A stretch of 64,000 nt of DNA, taken from Veillonella parvula. Its GTDB lineage: Bacteria; Bacillota; Negativicutes; Veillonellales; Veillonellaceae. Below, in pieces: positions 32,101-41,682 of the stretch (the stretch's first letter is position 1; every line of letters starts with the position of its first letter). The notes under the pieces were generated by a model that was given only the letters and a program-made list of their open reading frames with translations, was not told the DNA's origin and searched no databases. A program made the translations under genes and the position numbers. The stretch is taken from the NCBI RefSeq assembly GCF_032472435.1, contig NZ_JAWEGM010000001.1:124928-188927 (forward strand), in the 5' to 3' direction.

Positions 32101-32800
32101 TGGTTGTATGTTTGGTAGATACTCACTTGATGTTGATGGACTGGCATATGCTGGCGGTGAATGGGATAACAAAAAATATATCACTTATATTCCTGATAAG
32201 GATAACTGCATACCAATTACTGACGAAGAATATTTTGAGGATGATATAGTTGGTAGATTCTGTAAATTTATCGAAATTGTATTTGGCAAAGATTCACTTG
32301 AGGATAATCTTAAATATATTGCAAATGCACTTGGAAATAGAGGTAATACAAGTAGAGATGTTATCCGTAACTATTTCTTAAATGACTTTATAAAGGATCA
32401 TATTAAAATATATCAGAAACGTCCTATTTACTGGTTGTTTGATAGTGGTAAACAAAATGGATTTAAGGCTTTATGTTATATGCATCGTTGGAACGCTGAT
32501 ACTATAGGAAATATGCGTGTTGAATATTTACATCGAATGCAGAAGGTGTATGATAAAGAGATTGAACGTATGCAAGAGATAATTGATAATAGCCATGATA
32601 ATAAGGCCATTAATAAGGCAATAAAACGCAAAGAAAAACTTCAAAAGCAGTTAAAGGAAACTAAGCACTACGATGCTTTAGTTGCTCACTTAGCACATTC
32701 TCGTATTAATATTGATCTAGATGATGGGGTGAAAATTAACTACGAAAAAGTGCAGACTACGATTGATGGAGAGAAACTACAGATATTAGTTAAGATTTAG
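29165..32800 (+). CDS. pglX: BREX type 1 N6-adenine DNA methyltransferase PglX
   Basis: 1211 aa. SAM motif FFDPCMGSGHIL and catalytic NPPY (VCTNPPYMNK). GTG start. Confidence 0.92.
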   Translation: MNKIEIRKFAEWAREKLISDIIYKAGMLGINEKRIIDKLPQSTEDLHFFDIGTKEYVQISGEELKQRAALVQTIRDREKNYKSYKEAFDTIVEEIAYTWFNRLIAIRFMEVNDYLPSGIRVLSSENVVKKEPDLVTDPFNADLDLTDIEQNRVIELKNQNKFDELFRMLFIKQCNKLHEILPELFERTSDYTELLLTISYTDLDGIVYKLVHDIKEADFNITSEGGQVEIIGWLYQYYISKKHDEIINIYKGTIKKADIPAATQLFTTDWVVRYMVDNSLGRYWIERNPNSKLIEKLDFLVVPKDGQINYVDEKIDPKDLTFFDPCMGSGHILVYAFDVLIEIYRECGYLDRDAALNIIQHNLFGMDIDKRAYQLAYFAIMMKARSYNRRALTQTISNNLSVIEESNSIERFTFDGITNDKEQNKIGEYLVNAYKDAKEIGTLQTIEEYDYNSFKKYLLSLEKNVSRYDIFSSAWLMSVVPFMLQLTKQAIIMSKKYAVVCTNPPYMNKLEGPLKKFVVDHYKPYSSDLFSVFMYRNFDFCKKNGYSAFMTPNVWMFIKSYEKLREYIINSKSIDSLVQMAKGAFYKEATVDICAFVLRNDSLCKYGTYIRLDKFKGDMEVQRMAFLKELELSSNNIFIKRIDEFKDIEGFPIAYWISETTKSVFKSPINIGKISPPKQGLATANNDRFLRLWYEVDISKIGFGIGSVEEAAISEKKWFPYNKGGAYRRWYGNREYIVNWENDGFEIKNFKDENGKVRSRPQNIQFYFKPAITWSDTTSANFSGRYADKGFIFDVKGSSGFPSKHDLMYILGLLNSNVSQEFIRILNPTITTQVGDMARIPVILNSPYRDEVELMVKENVALSRQDWDAFEVSWDFERHPLVCIAQSFRELVVNKKNITDSWNENNNSNFSLESCYMLWQEKCIKRFNKVKTNEERINEIFINIYGLEIELSPLVSDKEVTIRKENLQREIKSLISYAVGCMFGRYSLDVDGLAYAGGEWDNKKYITYIPDKDNCIPITDEEYFEDDIVGRFCKFIEIVFGKDSLEDNLKYIANALGNRGNTSRDVIRNYFLNDFIKDHIKIYQKRPIYWLFDSGKQNGFKALCYMHRWNADTIGNMRVEYLHRMQKVYDKEIERMQEIIDNSHDNKAINKAIKRKEKLQKQLKETKHYDALVAHLAHSRINIDLDDGVKINYEKVQTTIDGEKLQILVKI

Positions 32801-32856
32801 TAATACTTATTGTTAGTTATAAAATAACTGCTTTCTTTTTAGAATGGTAAGAATAT

Positions 32857-35376
32857 ATGTCAGAAATGAATTTAAATCAAATAGTAGATAAGTTAAATAG
32901 TGAGTTTATAGGGGATGGTCGTAAACTTATATTTTGGTATGACTTCAATGCTGAATTTAGTGATGATATAGATTCACTTAATCTAGATAACGCAAAAGTA
33001 TTGTATCTAAAAACTGATAACCAATTTTATATAAAATATTTTTTAGAATGTGAAGATACGACAACTAACTATTTAATATACGCACCTTTTGCTAAGCCAA
33101 GTATTAGAGATAATCATTTGGAAGACATAATTCGCTACTCCAAGACGTTCTTTGCAGATAGAGCATCTCTACTTACTCTTGATTTGGGCATTGATGAGCG
33201 ATATAAACCTGTTATTCAAAGATATATTAAGTTCTTTGCTAATAAGGAAAGAACACAAAAGTTCTATGATTTGGAAATTGAAGGATATAATAAAAACACA
33301 ATCGAAGTGGCTTTGATGAGTGTATTATGTAAAAGTAAGACCGCCTCATTTGAAGAAGTTCTTCGTTGTATTTTAACTGATGATGGACTTGAAGCCAATA
33401 AATATATTGCAGAATTTGAAAAATATGATTTGGTTGAAGCCTTTTGGCGACACGTAGATAGTGCTTTTGGATATAGTGAATCTGAACCTTCTCTAAAAAA
33501 ATTAATTATATCTATGTTTATAACATATGCCTCTAAAACAATTTATGCAGAACTACCATCTTCTTGGAAAGTACTTATCTTAAGTAAATTCAGTAATATT
33601 ATTGTTTTTCTTGATAATCTTATGAATAGTTTTTTGTATGCAGAACGTTTTGATGAGATTTCTAAAGAAATCTGGTACACATTAGATGGGAAATCGGTTC
33701 TAAGTAAAATAGACCCTGAGGCAATGATTGAGTGTAATATTTTTGCAGGAGTTGATGAAATCCTTATTGATTGGATGATAGATCGTCTTGAAAATGAGGA
33801 TATAAATGCTAAACTTTCAAGAAAAACTATACCAGAAGTTTGTTTAGCGAGAAGAAAAAAACATTTTGGTAAAGTCTATAGAACTAATTATTTTATTATC
33901 GAAAATGCGTATTATATTATTTCTGCTGGTAAGTATGAATTTATTACTGGTATTCAGAATCTAGTAAAAGAATATCTAACAAATACATATAAAATAGATC
34001 GTAGATATAGATATTTCTATTTTTACTTTGATAGATTAGAAGATATTAGTCGTTTTGAAAAACTTCGTGAATTAGTAGAGAATATTTATACAAATGATTA
34101 TTTAAATCAAATTACTGTTAATTGGAATACAGAATTCTCAGTGGCTAATGGAGAAACTGGACTTAATTTACAAAGGAATTTTTACTCTCAAAATATCCAA
34201 TTCTTAAAAGAACGAACCGTAGTAATAATATCAGATGCATTTAGATATGAGGTTGCACAGACTTTACATGAAAGGTTAGAAACTGATGAAAAATGTAAAG
34301 CTACAATTTCGGCAATTCAAGGTGTAATACCATCATATACGCCTCTCGGTATGGCCTCTTTATTGCCGTATGAATCTATCGGATATGATGATAAATTTGA
34401 TGTTCTTATTGATGGTCGAGTTTGTGCTTCTACTCAGCAAAGGGAAGATCAATTACAGAAGTATAAATCTAACAGTAAATGTATTCAGTTTGATTTAATA
34501 AAAAATATGAAACAGAAAGAGCTGCGTGAAATATTCACGGGGCAAGATGTAGTTTATGTGTATCATAATCAGATCGATGCTAGAGGTGATGCGGCTAAAA
34601 CTGAGAATGAAGTATTTATTGCTTGTGAAGAAGCAATTAAAGAAATTTATGATTTAATACGTAGGATTTCGTCACTTGCAAACACACATCACTTTTATGT
34701 TACTGCAGATCATGGGTTTATTTATAAGAGAGATAAATTAGAGGCTTATGATAAGATTAGTAGAGTATTTAAATCTGATAAGTTAGGACAAAGATATGCT
34801 TTCTCTGACCAGGAATGGAAAGCAGAAGGTGTATGCTCTACTCAAATTGGACGCGTTCTTGGAAATACGGATGATAGATATATTGAATATCCCCTTGGTT
34901 CAGATATATTTAAAGTTGCCGGTGCAGGACAGAACTTTGTACATGGAGGTTGCTCACCTCAAGAGATGATAGTCCCTTTATTGGAAGTTAAAGTAGAGCG
35001 AGGTAAGAAAGAAACAACCATAGCAGAGTTGGCCTTAGTGAGTCTCACAAATAAAATTACTAATCTTATTACTACACTTGATTTTGTTCAGAAAGAACCA
35101 ATTAGTGATTTAGTAAAAGAAGCTAAATATAGAGTCTATTTTATTTCAGAGGATAATGAACAGATTTCTAATGAGAATATAATTATCGCTGACAAAAAAG
35201 ATAAGGATACTGCCAAACGAATATTTAGACTTCGTTTTAGTTTTAAGAATAAGCGATATAATAGGTCTAAAAAATATTACTTAGTTGCGTATGACGATAA
35301 AAATAATCTTGAGGTTTTACGGCATGAGATTATTATGGATATAGCCTTTTCTGATGATTTCGGTTTCTTTGAATAA
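32857..35376 (+). CDS. pglZ: BREX alkaline-phosphatase-superfamily protein PglZ
   Basis: 839 aa. PglZ-domain motifs VIISDAFRYEVAQTL and FYVTADHGFIY. Confidence 0.9.
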   Translation: MSEMNLNQIVDKLNSEFIGDGRKLIFWYDFNAEFSDDIDSLNLDNAKVLYLKTDNQFYIKYFLECEDTTTNYLIYAPFAKPSIRDNHLEDIIRYSKTFFADRASLLTLDLGIDERYKPVIQRYIKFFANKERTQKFYDLEIEGYNKNTIEVALMSVLCKSKTASFEEVLRCILTDDGLEANKYIAEFEKYDLVEAFWRHVDSAFGYSESEPSLKKLIISMFITYASKTIYAELPSSWKVLILSKFSNIIVFLDNLMNSFLYAERFDEISKEIWYTLDGKSVLSKIDPEAMIECNIFAGVDEILIDWMIDRLENEDINAKLSRKTIPEVCLARRKKHFGKVYRTNYFIIENAYYIISAGKYEFITGIQNLVKEYLTNTYKIDRRYRYFYFYFDRLEDISRFEKLRELVENIYTNDYLNQITVNWNTEFSVANGETGLNLQRNFYSQNIQFLKERTVVIISDAFRYEVAQTLHERLETDEKCKATISAIQGVIPSYTPLGMASLLPYESIGYDDKFDVLIDGRVCASTQQREDQLQKYKSNSKCIQFDLIKNMKQKELREIFTGQDVVYVYHNQIDARGDAAKTENEVFIACEEAIKEIYDLIRRISSLANTHHFYVTADHGFIYKRDKLEAYDKISRVFKSDKLGQRYAFSDQEWKAEGVCSTQIGRVLGNTDDRYIEYPLGSDIFKVAGAGQNFVHGGCSPQEMIVPLLEVKVERGKKETTIAELALVSLTNKITNLITTLDFVQKEPISDLVKEAKYRVYFISEDNEQISNENIIIADKKDKDTAKRIFRLRFSFKNKRYNRSKKYYLVAYDDKNNLEVLRHEIIMDIAFSDDFGFFE

Positions 35377-35390
35377 TTGGGAGGTAACTA

Positions 35391-37451
35391 GTGGATGATT
35401 GTAAAGTGATAACAAGTAACAATGATGAAATTAATCGTAAACTACGAGTTAACTTCGATGGAAAAATAGTTCGTAAAGATTTAACTAAATCGATAAAAGA
35501 AGGCGCCAATGTACCAGTATATGTGCTTGAGTTTTTATTAGGACAATATTGTAGCTCAGAAGATGAATCTATTATTGAAGAAGGGGTCAATAATGTTAAA
35601 CGAATACTGGCTGATAACTATGTACGCCCTGATGAGGCTGAGAAAATAAAATCATTGCTTCGCCAAAGAGGTTCTTATACTGTAATTGATAGAATAACAG
35701 TGCACCTTAATATTAAAAAAGATACATACGAAGCTGAATTCTCAAATCTTGGAATTAAAGATGTTCCTATTTCAGAAATCTATCCTAGCAAGTTTGATAG
35801 ACTCCTTTGTGGGGGGATTTGGTGTATTGTACAGCTTGAGTACATGTATAACGAAGAAGAAAAAAATATGTCTCCTATTTTCATTAGAAAGCTTACACCG
35901 ATTCAGATGCCACATATTGATATTGGGGAGTTGAAAGAAGGCAGAAAAGAATTTACAAAAGAGGAATGGATGAAGATATTACTTCGATCTATTGGTATGG
36001 AAGCAGATGAATTAAATGAGCGAGAAAAATGGTTACTTATTGCGCGTATGCTACCACTTGTTGAAAATAATTTTAATCTTTGTGAGCTTGGCCCAAGAAG
36101 TACAGGTAAATCTCACTTATACAAAGAAATCTCTCCAAATAGTATTCTTGTATCAGGGGGGCAAACTACAGTAGCTAATCTTTTTTATAACATGAGTAGA
36201 AAAACCGTAGGTCTTGTGGGACTATGGGATTGTGTTGCTTTTGATGAAGTAGCAGGAATTAACTTTAAAGATAAAGATGGAATCCAAATTATGAAGGACT
36301 ATATGGCTTCAGGATCGTTTGCTCGTGGGAAAGAGGAAAAAGCTGCATCGGCCTCTATGGTATTTGTTGGTAATATTAATCAAAGTGTAGACGTATTATT
36401 AAAGACATCAAGTCTATTTGACCCATTTCCTAACGAAATGGGGACTGATACTGCTTTTTTAGATCGCATGCACTGCTATATACCGGGCTGGGAAATACCC
36501 AAATTTAGGCCACATCATTTTACAAATAGTTATGGATTCATTACGGATTATCTCGCAGAATTTATTAGAGAGCTTCGAAAGGAGCAATACGGTGATGCCC
36601 TTGATAAATACTTCCGACTAGGAAAAAACTTGAATCAGAGAGATACTATTGCTGTTAGAAAAATGGTTGGTGGATTTCTAAAACTTTTGTATCCTAATGG
36701 AGAATTTACTAAAGAACAATTAGAAGAAGTATTGAAAATATCACTTGAAATGCGCCGACGTGTAAAAGAACAACTAAAGAAACTAGGCGGTATGGAATTT
36801 TATGATGTTAATTTTTCTTATATAGACAACGAAACTTTTGAAGAGAAATATGTATCTGTGCCAGAACAAGGTGGTAGTAAGCTCATTCCAGAAGGAATTT
36901 GTAATCCTGGTCAAGTCTATGCAATCGCACAAGGAAAGTCTGGAATGATTGGTGCATTTCGGCTTGAATCGCAAATGTTACCGGGGAATGGTAGGTTTGA
37001 GCGGACAGGATTAGGGAATGAGTCTAAATGTAAAGAAGCTACAAATACAGCTTTTAATTATTTAAAAGCTAATAGTATGCGTATTAGTGGTGCTATTAGT
37101 ACTACACTTAAAAACTATATTGTAAACTATCAAGATCTACAAGGTATTGGAATGACTGAAAAACTCGCATTGCCAACTCTTGTTGCATTATGTTCTATTG
37201 CATTAGGCAAGCCCACTATAAGTAGCCTTGCTATACTTGGTGAAATAAGTATTGGGGGAACAATGATAAAAGTAGATGAGTTAGCAAACTCATTACAAGT
37301 ATGTCTAGATAGTGGAGCAAAGAAAGTTTTACTACCAATGACTTCTGCACCAGACCTAGCAGCAGTTCCATCAGATTTAATTGGAAGTTTTAATATCATT
37401 TTCTATAGTAGTGCTGAAGATGCCGTATTTAAGGCATTAGGCGTAGACTAA
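35391..37451 (+). CDS. brxL: BREX Lon-like protease BrxL
   Basis: 686 aa. N-terminal FDGKIVRKDLTK...VPVYVLEFLLGQYC, Walker A GPRSTGKSHLY and a C-terminal Lon protease-like domain. GTG start after GGGAGG. Confidence 0.9.
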   Translation: MDDCKVITSNNDEINRKLRVNFDGKIVRKDLTKSIKEGANVPVYVLEFLLGQYCSSEDESIIEEGVNNVKRILADNYVRPDEAEKIKSLLRQRGSYTVIDRITVHLNIKKDTYEAEFSNLGIKDVPISEIYPSKFDRLLCGGIWCIVQLEYMYNEEEKNMSPIFIRKLTPIQMPHIDIGELKEGRKEFTKEEWMKILLRSIGMEADELNEREKWLLIARMLPLVENNFNLCELGPRSTGKSHLYKEISPNSILVSGGQTTVANLFYNMSRKTVGLVGLWDCVAFDEVAGINFKDKDGIQIMKDYMASGSFARGKEEKAASASMVFVGNINQSVDVLLKTSSLFDPFPNEMGTDTAFLDRMHCYIPGWEIPKFRPHHFTNSYGFITDYLAEFIRELRKEQYGDALDKYFRLGKNLNQRDTIAVRKMVGGFLKLLYPNGEFTKEQLEEVLKISLEMRRRVKEQLKKLGGMEFYDVNFSYIDNETFEEKYVSVPEQGGSKLIPEGICNPGQVYAIAQGKSGMIGAFRLESQMLPGNGRFERTGLGNESKCKEATNTAFNYLKANSMRISGAISTTLKNYIVNYQDLQGIGMTEKLALPTLVALCSIALGKPTISSLAILGEISIGGTMIKVDELANSLQVCLDSGAKKVLLPMTSAPDLAAVPSDLIGSFNIIFYSSAEDAVFKALGVD

Positions 37452-37580
37452 GCATGTACGAAAAGTGATTAAACTCAAGAGTATTAAAATATGGGATTTA
37501 TTTATTCCATAAATAGATAGTATATGATGATTGATTGTATCAGAATAGCTTATTGAAGTCCTATTAAATAGTCAATAATA

Positions 37581-37626
37581 AATAGAGATGATTACAGATG
37601 GATTAACCATAGTAATTATCTCTATT
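37581..37626 (+). terminator. Hairpin plus T-rich tract after brxL (probable BREX operon terminator, or an operator)
   Basis: AATAGAGATGATTAC ... GTAATTATCTCTATT: 15-bp arms with 1 mismatch and a 16-nt loop, followed by TTATTTTAT. Confidence 0.5.
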
Positions 37627-37642
37627 TTATTTTATATAAATT

Positions 37643-37670
37643 TTGACTTCATTTTATTTTCATTTATTAT
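37643..37670 (+). promoter_or_regulatory. Promoter-like pair upstream of the STAND NTPase gene
   Basis: TTGACT (37643-48), 16 nt spacer, TATTAT (37665-70). A second TATAAT lies at 37681-86. The AT-rich context makes chance matches likely. Confidence 0.35.
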
Positions 37671-37728
37671 AGTAAAGACGTATAATATAAATATCATTAT
37701 ATATAGTTTTCCTGAAAGGGGATTTATT

Positions 37729-40700
37729 ATGAGTGTTAGTTATGTAGGGGAATTATTTGGTAGAGAGAGTATATTAGATTCTTTATCAAACCGTCTTGAG
37801 ATTGCCTTAAAAGGAAAAGGTTGTATTGATTTATTACATGGTGATGCTGGAATTGGTAAAAGTGCAATAATAAATAAGTTTGCTACCCTACATCCAGAAG
37901 TACAAACCTTGTATGTACAATGTTCTGCTTTGACTGATGCAGATGATTTGTATAAGCCTTGTTCGGATCTTTTGAATAGTATAGAGTCGATTAAATGGCA
38001 AGAACAATCTAAAGTGAAAAAGTTCTTTGGCTCTTTTAATATGGAAAAAGTTTTTGATGTAGGTGGTAAGATTCTGGGATTTATTCCTGGATTGGAATTA
38101 CCGAGTGCAATTATTGACCTAGCTATCTCTGCCTATGCAGGGGATACAAATCCGGAGGTGTTAGCCGAGACCTATAAAAATGATAAAGTTAAGCTCTATT
38201 CAGATATTATATTGGGCCTTAGTATGGAGAAACCGTTAGTTGTAGTTTTTGATGATCTTCATTGGGCAGATCGAGGGACTATCAATGTGTTTAAACATAT
38301 ATTTCAAATTATGTTGGAGGCTCGACAAGGATTAAATAATAAAAAATTTAATTTGTTATTAATTGGTTCATTACGAGGTTCAGAAGCTAAGGCTGATTCA
38401 CTTCATAATGGTATTAATGAAATGTTTAGCTTTATGGATCGTTACAATTTTGGCCGAACTCAAAAATTGATGATTCAACATGAGGTCCAAGAACTAGATG
38501 CTGCATCAGTTCAAGCTCTTATTACCTATAATTTTGATAATGATGAAAAACTTTCTGACGGATTGAAACGTTGGTTATGTGAGTCTAGTAATGGTAATCC
38601 GTTGTTATTGTCCAATCTTATAGATGTATTACGCGAAAATGGTGCAGTTGAAAGTACGTCCACTGGATGGATCGATTTTAATGAAGTTAGTTATGTATCT
38701 GATGGTCCTGTATTAAAAGGTAGACTGTTACGTCTTGAAAAGCAAGGAGCCTTTAGAAGTAAGTCTGTAGTCGCTCTTGAGGCATTGCGCAACTTAACAG
38801 ATACAGAATTGAAGATTCTATATGTAGCCTCTATTTTTAAGGAATATTTTACTATTGAAAGCTTAGCTCATGTTTGTAAGATTATTGAATCAGATTTATA
38901 CTGGCCAATTAATAGATTAATTAAAATGGGCTTTATTGTTGAACAAGGTGAAGTAGATAATGGATTAGAAGTCCAAAATCGCTACCAAATTAAATCTAAA
39001 GCCTTAATTGAAGCACTTCGAAATGATATGTCTGTTCATCAAATTACTTATTATGAGGATTCTTTAGGTGAGTATTATTCTTCTAAAATAAAAGATATTG
39101 ACTATATGGAAGAGACTGTTGATAGCTTAGACTTATCTGATATAGTTGCTAAACCAGTTATCTCTGATAAGTATAGTAAGATTAATAAAGTTAGAGATTT
39201 CTATCATAAAATGGCTTCTTATCATTATATGAAAGGTAAAAACTCACTAAAGGCGATAGAACATGGTTTATTTGGTATTGAACGACTCGTAGAGCGATAT
39301 AAAGAAACTAAAGAACAAACACCGTCACCTTTAGAGTTGGATGGGTTATATAAGACGATTGAGTCCCAGATTTCTTTATATGATACTCTTTTTGATAAGG
39401 TCATTGATGAATTAATTTTAGTTAAACATAACGATAATGAATTAATTCAACATCTCAAAATACGCGCATTAAAAATTTATGCTCAATTTTATGGCTGTTT
39501 TGGTCAATATTCTAAGGCTAGTCAATATTTAAATACGGCTCTTATGTTGACTACTTTTACTGAATCAGAGATAGATGATGCAGAGTTAATGTTAGCAGTT
39601 GCAGAGATTAATATTGATAGTGGGAATTTTACTAAAGCAGGACAGATAATAGGAAAGCTTTTAGACTATTTAGCGGAGTATGGAAATTCTTGGGAGCCAT
39701 CACAATATGACGATATAATTGAAAATCTATTATTACTAATAAGTATTGATTCATCCTTACAGGCTAAATATATTTCTAAAGTGACTTCAGTTGCTATTGG
39801 ACTGAAGTCTGAATGTATTATTGATGCACAGTTTGCAGAGCTTGAATTTTATTTGCGTCATAATGATCTTGAGAGAGCCAAAGAATTACTAATACAAATA
39901 GAAAGAACAAATTCAGATATAAACTGGGCTCATTATTTAGGCACTCAAATATGTACATTATATTTATATAATATTCCAAAAGATGTTGATGAACAGCTAG
40001 AGCTTTTAGCTGATGATTGGAATGCTCAATATAATTATAAAGTAAAAAAAGATTATCAATGGGGCTTAAATGTATGCAACTTATTTTTACCAATCTTGTT
40101 AAAGGAAATTAAAGCGTTGGATGAAGAATCGTTGTCTTCAACTATAGAGGCGACGTTGGCACTTTTATCTTGGCTTTACAGTTTATTAAGATTAAACCCA
40201 GATATTGCAATTAAAAAATATACGGATGATGAACATATTCAATCGGTTTATAAAGATCGCGTTCTAGAGTTACAATCACAAGCAATTAATATTCTAGACC
40301 TTAATAAGCATAATATTGATTTGCAGGCAATTTATAACTGGTTTTATAATCATATTAAAAGTGGACTATATATTGAAGAAAGAGACTCAATATTGCGATA
40401 CTTTTTAACTAGCTGGCCTGAGTACATTGAGAGTAAACATATTGAATATTTATTTATAGAGTCTATGAATTCAACTGAAATAGTATCTAATATAAGTCGG
40501 TATGAAAATAATATAGCTGCGTGGCGTGACTATTATGAACTAAAACCAAGTGGTAGTTTAGCAGAGTTAGTTGTTAATTCATTAGAAGAAACAATTAAAG
40601 ACTTAGGAAATAATCCGTTTGTAGTAAAATTGGTTGATGGAATATTATTAGAAATTAATGATTTTAAGCAACGTATAGATTGTAATAAATATATTAAATT

Positions 40701-41616
40701 AGCAGTAGCTATTTGTTTGGAATATAGTGAGTATCATGAGGCTAGAAATCTCTCAAAATATGCATCTAAATCATTATCTGATGAACTAACTCTCAAGATA
40801 GATGAATTAGAAAATAAAGAATCTGAAAAATGGCTAGATAAAAGTAAGATTGAATTATTTTCTTATGATGGAGAGGATCAATTTTCAAGATTTATTAATG
40901 CTGAAAAAATAATTAACCAAGCAGAGACACTTTTATCAGATTATGAATCTGATGAGGAAATAGAAGATTCTGACATTATCGAAGGATTAAAGTTATATGC
41001 ATCTGCTTATAATTTAATGAAAAACAATGAATATGCAGAAACCAAAATAGATGATATATGTGAGTGTATTGCCAATTATATTGATAGACTTGAAGATGTT
41101 GACTTATCAGAACTCGTAGATATATTTGGGGAAGAATCTATTTATGAGATTCCAGAATTAAGTCAACTTGTATTGCAACTTAAATTCCAGTATGAAGCAT
41201 TAAAAATTAATCAGACTCTAGGAGATACAAATAGGGTTGTTGAATGTCTAGTAAATATGATATCAACTATAGAGGAGGCCATTAATCCGGGTGAATCTGA
41301 CGATGATGAGGATGATATTGTAAATGAAATGGAAGAGGGGCTTTCCTATAATGAAGTAGACAATGCACTAAAAGCATTAGACCTTTCAATTGAAGCTGTT
41401 TTATCTTTACATCAACAATTATTAGTTGAAAATACTATGTTAGATATTGCATTAGAGCAATATTTTGAATTCGATGCATTGAGTGGGTTTGATTTTGCTG
41501 ATGAATATATCATTCCTAGTGTTAAATCGTCTGTAGAGCAAATTGTACAAAATGTTAATAATCCTATCTTGACTAATTATGTTAATAGTTTGTTAGCTGT
41601 TAAAAATCCATTTTAG
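37729..41616 (+). CDS. Large STAND-type P-loop NTPase (AAA_16-like) with about 900 aa of C-terminal TPR-like helical repeats and no recognisable effector domain
   Basis: Walker A GDAGIGKSA, Walker B LVVVFDDLHWAD, then LLLIGSLRGSE. TPR-like helices (e.g. YGCFGQYSKASQYLNTALML, HNDLERAKELLIQIE). Acidic C-terminal tracts. The ATG at 37729 follows GAAAGGGGA. I reject the upstream 47 codons in the ORF track. Confidence 0.75.
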   Translation: MSVSYVGELFGRESILDSLSNRLEIALKGKGCIDLLHGDAGIGKSAIINKFATLHPEVQTLYVQCSALTDADDLYKPCSDLLNSIESIKWQEQSKVKKFFGSFNMEKVFDVGGKILGFIPGLELPSAIIDLAISAYAGDTNPEVLAETYKNDKVKLYSDIILGLSMEKPLVVVFDDLHWADRGTINVFKHIFQIMLEARQGLNNKKFNLLLIGSLRGSEAKADSLHNGINEMFSFMDRYNFGRTQKLMIQHEVQELDAASVQALITYNFDNDEKLSDGLKRWLCESSNGNPLLLSNLIDVLRENGAVESTSTGWIDFNEVSYVSDGPVLKGRLLRLEKQGAFRSKSVVALEALRNLTDTELKILYVASIFKEYFTIESLAHVCKIIESDLYWPINRLIKMGFIVEQGEVDNGLEVQNRYQIKSKALIEALRNDMSVHQITYYEDSLGEYYSSKIKDIDYMEETVDSLDLSDIVAKPVISDKYSKINKVRDFYHKMASYHYMKGKNSLKAIEHGLFGIERLVERYKETKEQTPSPLELDGLYKTIESQISLYDTLFDKVIDELILVKHNDNELIQHLKIRALKIYAQFYGCFGQYSKASQYLNTALMLTTFTESEIDDAELMLAVAEINIDSGNFTKAGQIIGKLLDYLAEYGNSWEPSQYDDIIENLLLLISIDSSLQAKYISKVTSVAIGLKSECIIDAQFAELEFYLRHNDLERAKELLIQIERTNSDINWAHYLGTQICTLYLYNIPKDVDEQLELLADDWNAQYNYKVKKDYQWGLNVCNLFLPILLKEIKALDEESLSSTIEATLALLSWLYSLLRLNPDIAIKKYTDDEHIQSVYKDRVLELQSQAINILDLNKHNIDLQAIYNWFYNHIKSGLYIEERDSILRYFLTSWPEYIESKHIEYLFIESMNSTEIVSNISRYENNIAAWRDYYELKPSGSLAELVVNSLEETIKDLGNNPFVVKLVDGILLEINDFKQRIDCNKYIKLAVAICLEYSEYHEARNLSKYASKSLSDELTLKIDELENKESEKWLDKSKIELFSYDGEDQFSRFINAEKIINQAETLLSDYESDEEIEDSDIIEGLKLYASAYNLMKNNEYAETKIDDICECIANYIDRLEDVDLSELVDIFGEESIYEIPELSQLVLQLKFQYEALKINQTLGDTNRVVECLVNMISTIEEAINPGESDDDEDDIVNEMEEGLSYNEVDNALKALDLSIEAVLSLHQQLLVENTMLDIALEQYFEFDALSGFDFADEYIIPSVKSSVEQIVQNVNNPILTNYVNSLLAVKNPF

Positions 41617-41682
41617 TTATTTTAGTAACATTTATAGCCAAGGATATTAAACGATCTTTAGCTATTCATGGTAGAGGTTATA

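Noticed and set aside
37588-37728. A 47-codon hydrophobic N-terminal extension of the STAND NTPase ORF (MITDGLTIVIISILFYINFDF...), which might be read as a membrane anchor.
   Set aside because: It is a translation of AT-rich intergenic DNA that contains the brxL-proximal hairpin and promoter-like elements. A good RBS (GAAAGGGGA) precedes the ATG at 37729, and the conserved NTPase N-terminus begins there.
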